Origin: Tubulanus polymorphus
Taxonomy: Eukaryota; Animalia; Nemertea
Reading direction: 5' to 3'
DNA length: 64,000 bases
NCBI RefSeq assembly: GCF_964204645.1
Contig: NC_134029.1
Coordinates: forward strand, 5,084,001-5,148,000
The position numbers and the translations under genes were made by a program. How positions within the stretch are numbered: the stretch's first letter is position 1; each line of letters opens with the position of its first letter. Of the stretch, positions 37,259-48,201 are shown one piece after another. Below the pieces are notes generated by a model, which was not told the DNA's origin, made no database searches, and saw only the letters and a list, made by a program, of their open reading frames with translations.

Positions 37259-37374
37259 ACACGACACAGGGAACCGCTCGGGAACATGTTTTCGAGAAAC
37301 AATTTTTTCCGAGATCAAACAATATGTTTGATTCCACGTTTCTGTGTTTCCGTGTTTTCATACGTCGTTGGGCT
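37139..37374. mobile_element. gcacacgacacagg-family MITE
   Basis: Termini agcccaacg and cgttgggct, internal inverted segments, and related copies at ~13320 and ~15830. Confidence 0.65.
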
Positions 37375-37566
37375 GTAGGGATCATATGCCATAGTAATAT
37401 TGCCGGAGAATTTGAGAAAGTCTGTAATCGCCAGGATAGGGTAACCCTTTCAAAAACATAGCGCATCAAAGAAACAGTTTGAAAGTATTCTAGTTATCGC
37501 CAAGATCACCGCTTTGAAAAATTCAGTTCAGGTATTCTCGGTATCTGCCGCTTATGTTTTTTTAAA

Positions 37567-37748
37567 TGAAGTCAAGCGAAAACTATCAGCGCGATCAGCG
37601 TGCCATTTTACTGGATAATGACTACGACGGCGATGACGGCAGCGGTGACGGCGAGACGGCGACGGCATATATCTGATTTTAGACCGCGCGGTTGTGAAAA
37701 TTAAATTGCGACTGGAAAATCGACGCCGCGAAAAACTCGTTGACTTCA
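37567..37748. mobile_element. Possible MITE with an internal GACGGC repeat
   Basis: Termini tgaagtcaagcga and tcgttgacttca, with (GACGGC)-like repeats at 37625-37667. Confidence 0.45.
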
Positions 37749-40700
37749 GTTGAAGCATGAAAATGGCTCGGCATCGCTCCGCTAGATTGATATCTAACGT
37801 TGATCTCGGCGTCTATGAATTGCCTTAATTAGATCGCTACAGCATTCCCTAATGCAAAGGCCAAGCAGATTGTAATTGCACATCACCTGCTATTGAACTC
37901 CTATAGTGCCTTGTGGCTCAGGTGGTTACGAAATTACTACGGTCCCAGGGATCCATCTTCAGTGATTAATCATCGTATAATTCCCAATCTTAATTAAAGA
38001 AAATTATCTTATTCGAAGGGAACATGGTGACTATTACTCGTGGAAATTGATCGCCACTGATGCGGTCTCTACTGAATTGAAATCGTCGACAATAGATTCG
38101 TAGATTCGAAGTCTTCTTATACGAATAGAACCGATACGAGAATGGATGCATTTTATGTAAACATCGCCATGATTGATATGTGGTCCGGTGGTTATTGAAT
38201 TTCACAGCCATAAATATGCGATTAAAAAAACACCACATTTGTCTTGATTTATTTCATTTACAACATGAACGATTGCACCATCACCAGGACCTACATTTAA
38301 GCTAAAATTACATAAGTTTTGTCCTGTCTATTTCAAACAATGGTTCTGGCAATTTCTAATGATTTTCTATGGCTGTATGTTGTAACATCATCCTTTTTAA
38401 TGCTCATCTAACGCCAACATTTTTCAAATTTGCTCACTCTAACCCAGATTCAATGAAAATATTCTTTATGACGCCAAAATCGTTATAATGCCATGTTTTT
38501 CATTCGTCCGAATAGTGGCATTGCCGTAGAAATACAATCCACGGAATTTCTAGGTTCGAATCCAAGGAATTTCGTTGTATCTTTTCGTGGTAAGACCCAT
38601 GATCTGTGACGTGACTAAAATTGCCGTTACGGGAATTCGAATGCATTATTTAATACGCGTCTTTGTGTAGCGAGGTTTTTCATCTTTCACAGCGCCGAGC
38701 AGAACCACGGAGAACGTGCACAGTAGTGAACATCGTAACGTCATTATTTGCGCATATAAAGCTAATTCATATTCCCGTATAGGGTAATTCGGTAAATCAC
38801 AAGATTTTATTGCTCGTAAGACACGACAATGAACTATCGCTTAGTCTTAACATTTTCCTAAATCAATGTTTTAAAATCCCAAATTACTACTTTGGGAGTT
38901 CGGAGTTAACAGCGAACTACGGCGTTTGACATTTAGTGTTGACTACCAGCGCGATAGCTATCCCAAAGGGTCGTGTCTGCTTCGCGGCGACTCGAGGTGC
39001 CTACTGATTAGGCAGAATTCTAACACGACTTTTTTGACAAATCACACTTTCCAGCAGCATAACACCCGTCTCTCGCGCTCTACACGAAGCGATAAAATTG
39101 AAGTAGAATTAGAGGTGAAATAAAAGAAACGAGTGCGATGTGCAAACGAGCTCAGTAGAAATTCTGACGCGCCTTATCCATCAGGATGTGCTATCGAAGA
39201 AAGACATTTTTCAATATTTCAGCGCTGGCTCGTTGTTGTCGCAGCGAGAAAATTCATCGAATGCGAAACTCTCGATTCGCAACTAAAAGTCGTCGTTATG
39301 CGCGGGTGATTAATTATTCGAAACCATGAGAAACATGTGTCACGACATCGGCGGTTGAAAATCATGATTTCAATCCGTCGGCGACTGACTGCGTAAATAG
39401 ATGACATCCAGATTGCTATTGATCAAACAAACGGCGGGTGATTTAGAGTAGAACCACAACCACGCCGGCTCTCACACTCGAGTAGTAATGCATCCCCATT
39501 ATCGTCACAAACGTGGCCCCCGATTCGGCTTATCATCGATTCGACTTCGATACGCGAACATATTCTATCTACGATTCATCAAAATGCCGCGATACGGTTT
39601 TACCCCAGCGATCGTTCTCTTACTATCTATATCTATCTATCACGTGTGATTAAGATGACATTAAATATTTGACTGTTTTCCGTCGAAGTTGGTTTTGCGC
39701 GTGAACTCTGTCGTTACGGAATTGACTGGGGATATCGCGAGATCACTAATGGTCATGTCAACAAACCAATAAGCTTCGTTAATTTTATGTCATAGATTAA
39801 TGCCCAGTACGTAGAAATTGAGTTCTATGCAAATGTTAATTTCCACGGCTCGCAAATACTGGCGGCCGATAGATCTATAGAAAAGTCAACTTTCGGCAAT
39901 AATTTATCAAGTCATGGATCTGTTTGTGCAGGTACACGGGCGAGTTACAATCGAACCTCACAAGTGACTTGTACGACGAAAGGCAAACAGAAATTTTTCA
40001 CAAGAACAATATTGTCTCATCTTATTCCACGACAGTGTCATCCGGTGCAAACCGGCGGAATGTTCCACCAAGGATTAGTTCTTATTTGATTAAACTTTGG
40101 TTTACATTGAAAACGACACTTATTCCGTATACGGCTTGTTTATCATAAATATAATACCACGGACAGCTAACGAGACATTCGATTTGAAATATTTCCGCCA
40201 ACAGAATCGCAAATGACCACGGACGACAAGAGAGATGTGATCAGGTCCTCGAAGACCGTCGGAATACGGGGAAAATATTGCATTACTTATTTTCCCTGTG
40301 GTCAAACTGGGTTATTTCGCAATCCTTCAAGGGCTTTTGCCACGCATCCCTTAGTCATTTATCACCGAAGAGCCGGATCGCATAATTAACCCTGCCGGAC
40401 TGATGTAAAAGATCGACCCGATACACGTCAGTATACGGCGAAACCGAATATGTTATGCTGGGCGCAGATGGATGGCAAGCTATTTTATCTGAAAAAACTA
40501 AATACTAATGGATAGTGTAATAAAACCCTCGAAGGGGGTAACCGAATCCCCGAGAGGCTTACAAAATGAATTATTGTCGTATTAGTATAATGAGACTAAG
40601 ATGATGCGAATACAAGGACATCGTTCATCCTTAAAGGGCCTCTCGCATTAATACTTCAGACATCTCGGGATTTAGGGACGAAAATGTGCAATGTTTTGAT

Positions 40701-43700
40701 ACACTAAATTAGTTTTAATTCCCGCATTTAACTAATCAGATTACGACGAGAACGCAACGCGAGTGACACATGCAAACTTCGAGTACTAAACGCCGTAGCG
40801 CTGATACAGCGGTGCCTCGAAGAAGCCTAATGTGATAAATACGACAGGCATAACGTTAGATTAGAACAGAGTGCAAGTGGCTTGGAAAGAGCTGATAAGT
40901 GAAAATTGACACACAAATAGACAAAAAAAAAACGAGCACAAATCACAGCCATGAAGCTGAAAACACATACATCACAAAATGAAAATACAAACAATGTCTC
41001 GAAAAGTATTAATGAAAACATATTTGTTATAGTAAGAAGTTAAACGCCTAGTTGACATGATGAACTATTATGGGAATAGCATCCAATTATCCATAAGAGT
41101 AACCGATAATTTCTGAACACCCGAGAATCAATCATTTGTATACCCTATTAGTTAACATAGGCGAAGTGAATGAGGCTACATTTTCAAATTAATTTCTTTA
41201 TGCTTTTATACTTGAACTGGGGGATTTCGGCGAAGTTTCACGCGTAATGTGAGCCGGAGTTCGAAGATTAATTCGACGTTCGATGGACCAAAACCGAATC
41301 ACCAATTAATTCATGATTACAAAAATACGAGATGGGCGCCACGGGGTTTTTAGGTTACCTATAATCAATTTCTCAGTGAAAAGGTGCCGTCTTCAGCGAT
41401 CGAAGAGGAATAGAGGGATTTCAGCAACAAAGGCAAAGGCGTGCCGAGTCGAAACGGAAAATCCATAAAGTGTACGGGCTATTTCAGAATCATCGAGGTT
41501 CATCTCCGTTGTTACCTATACGAGTGAATCTACCGAGTCTTTTGCTACGCCATGAAATTTAATGGAATTAAATTCTATACCTACTACCAACAGGTTTTGG
41601 GTGGAACCGAACTAAAACTGCAAACCTTATGCGGGTGCTTTTTTCGTCATATGTGAAGCCATGGGCCTAAACAGAAGTTTGCTTTGATGGACTATTTTTA
41701 AAACTGTCATTTATCAGAGCGTTTAAGTTTGAACAACTGAATAAAAGAAGCTCATTCGCTTGAATTCTATCGATTTTCAGCTGTCACGTCAGACGTACAT
41801 AGATATACTAGGGGGCATTACGCCACGGGCGAGTAAAACTGTTCAGAAAATTACAATTTATAGACTTCGAAAGCGAGCGCGATGTCAAAAATCTATTCAT
41901 CTGAAACCTGAAAAGATTTCTGATAAAAAAAACTTGAATTTGAATTCGATGTAACTTCACTAAAATCTATCGAGCCCCACGGCGGCGTTACGTCTATATG
42001 TTATACGTAACATGAATAATGTAACTTTGCATTTGGTACAACGTTCGGGTATTTCAAGACCTTAATGTACAGTTATATATCTCGATGAAATAAAAATGCA
42101 TTATTTTCGGGTATCTATTATCATTTCATATGGAAATCGTGACTGTCATGAACACAGTTATAAACCCATCAAACATACTTTCCATTTATAGCGGCCGTAG
42201 AATATTCTTTTCTATTGTTGATTTGTATTCATATTATATTTGCCGTACGTGATATTACAGTAGAAATATACAATTTGCTTTAGAATGACGAACTGCATGT
42301 ACATATTCTGTAATGTATGTTTGTTGAAAAGTTGCATGACTGAAAATCTATACGCTGTACCATAAATTAATCTTATCAATCATTTTTCATGTTCAACATT
42401 TGGGTATATTGGATCTCTAGAGGCGATGTATCGTAGAAATGTCCTGCCTTTTTCTAGATATTCCAATTCAGTTTCGAAAATCTATTGTCAATCAGTCAAA
42501 AGAAATACGTTCCGAAAATACACCCATATCTCTAATGCAACATGTGCTAATATAGTAACTGCGCAAGGTATTGTTGAAAAAATTCGTATATGTACCTCGG
42601 GCAAAATTAGATTCTATTTTATCGCGCGCGAAACCGCGAGCTCGCTAAAAAGAAACTGCAAATTTTATTACGACGATCGAGCGTTTGACTGTCACAACTT
42701 ATAAATATTGACGCCAGGTTACGATAAGTGTATTCATTGGTCATGGTGCTCCGTTCAGCATCGCATAGTCCTCGCAGGCTTTGATTGCATAACCGAAACA
42801 GAACACGTTGCACGGGGTATGAGTCACGCGATCTCCTGGCTGCAGCGACTGACCGAGCAGCGACGCAAAATTCCATCCCCGGATGAGGCAACAAAGTTCA
42901 TTTTTATCAGAGTTTGTGGATAATCTATTCCACACCAAACAACAGGACAACTCGCACTTGTCAAATGGATTGAAATGGCTGGTAATTGGATGAGACGGCC
43001 GCCTTTCGGACGCGTCTTGAATACGAATGAGGTCGGCTAGTTTTCTCTTATTTGACGACGCGTTCTCGGCGAATGGCCTGCGCCTGTATAAATATTGTGG
43101 CAAGAGTTTTATCTCTGCGTCGAAAAAAAAAGGAAAGCTGATGCAGGGCAGAGGGGATATATTGATTTTTGGTGGGATAAAGAGAGATGGGAAAAAAGTC
43201 ATCGGTTTGTCGAGATGCGAAATATATGTGAGAAGATTAAGAATAGAGAAATGATCCTATCTTATCTATATTACTATGACGCACCGAAAACATCGTATTC
43301 CTTTTTTCGCATTCGTTAATATCAATAAAATGATAAATATCAGATATCAGATGATAGATTGCAATAGATTTTTACCATAGAATATTGATGATTTGAGTGG
43401 TTCATCGTCATTTTAATTTCTTTTCAATCTTTCTCAGTGTTAAACTTTGAAAACCGAGCAGCGTTGTCTCAGGAATCCTATCGTCTATTTTAGGCCGATA
43501 TTGATCGCATTTTATCGCCTCGTACACCTATCATCTTACACACTTTTATACCGAACCACAACTAACCAAAACACAGACCAAATCATGCGATTCGAATAAA
43601 AAGGCGGATTTCTGTCGAAACCTTTCGCGCAGGGCTTTGATAGAAGACATCAAATAAATTGCGTGCACGCTTCTGGCACGAAAGGGGTTAGAGGGCAAGT

Positions 43701-45294
43701 GTGTTTATTATATTATCCATGCAAGTTTCCATGCTCAGCAGTGCGATATTTATCATCGTTTTGTTCGAGTAAAATATGCAGTATTTCTAACTCGATAAAA
43801 CTTACCAATTACTAAACTACTAGTTTGACTCTTATGCCGTATACTACTTCAAAGAATTCATGTCTGTCAGGTACCCCTGGCCAGTATCACATATAATAGA
43901 TATCTGTACGGCGAATACTTCATAGATACTCTTAGCAAAACTGTAAACATACCCCACCCAATCTACACGAAACTGCTTGATTCATTCTGCACTGTAACTC
44001 AAAGGAAGAAACTCTACCCCAGGCGTGACCCGATAAACTTGATAAAAAGCAATAATTTTCTGCTAATAGTCGCGAGCGCTTAATCTGCGAAGAGCTTTTA
44101 TCTCGACGAAAGAAAAAAAACAGCCTCGCGCGCGGGCAAAAAGCGTTCGGATTCCGTATACGAAACTTGCTAGACCGACTCATCAATTACTACTGCGAGA
44201 CTCCAAACAACAACGGCGCTATCGAGTTGATGCATTGGAAGTCCTAGTGAAAAATTGATTTGATGATGCGCAGGGATTTGTCCGATTGATGTGTTACTAC
44301 AAAAGCAGCGTAAATTATAAAAGATGCCCCATTAATTTGCCAGCGAATTGTAGCAGGTGCGCGGCGCATGCGGAATAATTATTCTTCGATAATTTTCACC
44401 CGGCTTGCCTTTTTTTACTAATGTTTACAAAGCTCCGGGAAGACATTAATCAGAGATGTTAAGAATATTACGCACATTAAGAAGTTTTGACAGTGTGTTT
44501 ATAGACGTTACTGTCACATAAATTCAGGGCTTTTTCGTACTGTTGCTTCTATCAAACTATACAGCTCTTTATAACTAGTAATTACTAATTATGATTTCGA
44601 TTGGGTGCGATGATATTCATTATGCATTACATTGTGTTCAGCTATCTGCGAGCTTGAAGAAACGAATTTACGTCGAAGGCTCCGAGCGACCAAACATTCC
44701 GTTGTTTGTTATATCTGACGCTTTATAGGAACTTCTGAATAAAAGATAATATACAGCCTTCAGTCACGAGCTTAATTCGGCTGAAATCCTTCACTCATCG
44801 CTTTAGCGCCTGCCAGCCTACAGCGACGGCGCCATATTTGAAACGACATCGATAAACTTTTATAATCAACAATATCAACCCCGCGTGTCTGAAGTAACAC
44901 GTATGTACGACTATTGTATACAATACAGCACTGAATAGATAGAAACAACGGAGACAGAGAAAATCTCAGAGGAATTCGACCAACGACGACATCAGGACGG
45001 ATGAACTGTATAATGTACACACATATGTGACACGTGCATGCTTTTAGTACATTAGAGACCGGCGTTGAATTCATAGTTGTTGTAGACCTAATGGTATTTA
45101 TTTTTATTCCCAACACATTTGCGGCAAAATGTAAGCCCCGTCTACTCACGTGTCCGAGCGACGCCATCAAACCGACCGTGGCTTAGCACTTTATGCGCCG
45201 ACTAGTCTGTTTGGATGTGAACGGTTATACGTAATACCGCCGGGACTTTCTGATGTATTGTCTTAAAAGTCTAAACGCCTCCGCTTTTACCTAC

Positions 45295-48048
45295 CTCAAA
45301 CGTCTTGGTCGTCCCCCACGTGGCTTCGTTTTTCACCGGCAAAAATGCGCTTTCGTTCTGATCGGATATTTCGTCGTTGTCTAACGAAAAGCTGACTTCC
45401 TTTTTCGGCATCGGTTTACCGTTGTCTTCGTATTTACTGCCGGGGCTGCCGTTGTTGCTATGATTTGGACTCATGCGGCGATTATTGAAAATTCGCTGCG
45501 TTTCGGTCTTGACGTTGTAATTGTGGTTGTTCACGTCTTTTTTGCGAATGCAAATAATCGCTACGATAAGAACAATAGCGAGAAGTCCGGAAACAGTCGC
45601 CAGGCAAATGACGATTATTAAATTCTTATTGTTCGGTGGCTTTTCGATAAAAGTTCCACTTAAAGTTATTGGCTTTCCGCTTCCGTCGACGACGATGGTA
45701 AGCGTTTCGACGTTCGTGTTCTGAGGTATACCTCTATCCCTCACCTCGATCGTTAACTTGTAGGTAATCGCGTCTGACAAAGCTAATTTGCGAGATACAC
45801 TTATTACGCCATTATTCCTCGAGATGCTAAATATTTCATGTATATTACCGTGCGTAATGTAGTATAATAGCTTGCCGTTATTACCGTGATCGGTATCCGT
45901 GGCTCTAACCTGGGTAATCTTGTGTCCGGGCGGCTCCAGGTAAGAGATGTATACCGTATTATTGGAATGGTTCGGGAAACTGAAAACTGGCGGGTTATCA
46001 TTCGTGTCGAGGACGTCGATGATTACGTTCGTCCTGCCCGACATCGGTGGCACGCCGTGATCAGTAGCTATTACTTCTAGCGTGTATTTCGCCCTGTGCT
46101 CTCTATCGAGTCTTTTTCTCGCGATGATTTCGCCTTTTCGTCGAGAAATTTCGAAGTTTTCCACCCCTTCTCCCCTTCCCAACGTATAATCGATTATAGC
46201 GTTCAGTTTGACATCGTCGTCGCTCGCCAGAACCCTGCCGATCACGGCATGATGCGGCGACGAATTCTCAGTCACGTTGAATTTATAGTGGCCCAGAAAT
46301 CGAGGCGCATTGTCATTTTCATCTTTGATATTTATGACAACTGTGGCCGTCGAACTGAGGGGAGGTTCGCCGTGGTCGTATGCAACGACTGAAAAACGAA
46401 CTTGGCTTTCTCGCTCGCGATCGAAAGCCTTGCTCGCATAAATAGTTCCTTCGTGATTAATCGTAACAATTCCGATTCCGTCCGGCTGCATTTTGTAGCG
46501 TACTTGACCCCCGGGACCATCGTCTTGGTCATCGGCACGAACTTGCAATATGGACATACCGAGGGGATTGTTCTCGGCGATTTCTGTCGTGTAGGTCGAC
46601 TGCGAAAATATTGGCATATTATCATTGGCATCAAGAACGTCGATGGTAAATGATTCATGTGTTTCCAATGTTGGCTCTCCATTGTCCCGGCAAATAACCG
46701 TCACTTGGTACTCTGAAGTAGTTTCTCGATTCAGTTTCGTAGCAGTCACTACTTTATACTCTTCTTGTGTCGTCGAATCCATCTTCAATAATCTAAAATA
46801 AGGGCTATCCATATAACAATTTACCTCGCCGTTCAATCCGCTGTCGGCATCTTGGACAAGGATGTGCGCCACTAAAGTGCCAATATTGGCTGCCTCGGAC
46901 ACCTCGGCTTTGCCACTTGAGGTGAACAGATTGGCCGTAACGATCGGTGCGTTGTCATTAGCATCTGTGACATGTACAGTAACGCTGGTGCGACTCGGCA
47001 ATGCCCCTGTGCCTAAATCTTTCGCATCGATCGGTATTTTGTACAACTTGGTGTTTTCGTAATTCATTGGTTTCATTAGCTTTATCCAACCGGAGAACGG
47101 CTCAACGACGAAAGTCGTTTTGATAACATCCGAAGCCCGAAGGTTTATCATGTAGCGCACTTTACCACTTTCACCGAGATCGGGGTCAACTGCGTGCACT
47201 TGCAGAATCGACGTATTAGTTGGTGTATTTTCAGGAATCGATACCGAATACGACGATTTAGCGAACTTCGGAGTATTATCATTGGCGTCGGTGATTTCGA
47301 TATTGATAGTACACGTGCCGGTCAATTCAGGCAGTCCGCCATCAACAGCGAGGACCTTCACTTGATAATGTGAAATCGATTCCCGATCCAGACGCAACAT
47401 GTTCACCAGCGCTATGTCAGTGACCATGTTATCGAATTTGTAGGTTTTTAACCCGAATGTCCTCGTTGGTGAGATAATGGTATATGTTTTTATGTTATTG
47501 ATGCCGGCATCAATATCCTCAGCAGTTGGTAGAAGGGTTGTCGTGTTAATTGGTGCAGACTCGGACATTTTGATTTGAACGGTCGATTGCTGGAAAACGG
47601 GAGCGTTATCGTTGATGTCGATAACATCTACCTTAGCATTTAGGACAGTGAAATATTCGCGAGGCTGTATGCCTATGATTAGAGGGATGTAGCAGCCTTC
47701 CGACCCGACGCAGCAGGTAGGCACGACCGAGCAAAGGGTATCTCTGTCGATGACCTGCGTGGTCGTGACGACGCTCGTTTTCTCGTCGATGCGGAAATAG
47801 TTGACGCCCGGATCATTCGGATTTAGCAGCGAATAGCGCAGACGGGCGCGCACCGAAGCGTTGAATCGCCTCGTCAGTACTGAACTTGAACGGATCTCGC
47901 CGACGAACGTGTCCGGTTGGTTCTCTTCGGGAAGTCGAAACAATATCTCGGCGTTGTTTTTAGCGAATGCCGAACTGACAAGAGCGATGCACTGGACGAA
48001 GAAGACGCCGACTAAGACCATCGACACGCCCCGTTTTAGCGAATTCAT
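45295..48048 (-). CDS. Delta1-like protocadherin (PCDH1/7/9/11-like), large exon: signal peptide, 7 cadherin repeats, TM, juxtamembrane tail; ~1150 aa spliced
   Basis: 925-aa ORF with six DxNDNxPx linkers and repeated PE/DRE/DxD Ca-binding motifs. TM segment LIIVICLATVSGLLAIVLIVAIICI, then a KKEVSF motif. Donor GAG|GTAGGT at 45294; 5' UTR acceptor tttttttatttgcag at 48202. Confidence 0.96.
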
Positions 48049-48201
48049 CGTAGCTATCGGAGTGTTACTAATTACAGCGTAACCTTTACTGACCCTGTCA
48101 TGACCATCGCATTACAACTGATCAGTTATCCGTAGATTTTGCCGACAGCCTGTCAACAGAACGTCACCGAAACTAATTGACACAAGCCCTTTTCTGGACA
48201 C
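48049..48201 (-). other. 5' UTR portion of the large protocadherin exon, with two overlapping uORFs
   Basis: Acceptor at 48202. uORFs are MRWS* (48112-48098) and MVMTGSVKVTL* (48107-48072). Confidence 0.6.

Noticed and set aside
37935-37965. CTGAAGAT followed by a hairpin on - (second hammerhead candidate)
   Set aside because: The GAAA box and stems I/III are absent. The other CTGANGA hits I checked (e.g. ~9506, ~49003) also lack the full core.
45521-48082. Several short ORFs overlapping the large protocadherin exon
   Set aside because: Antisense or alternate-frame shadows of a real coding exon.
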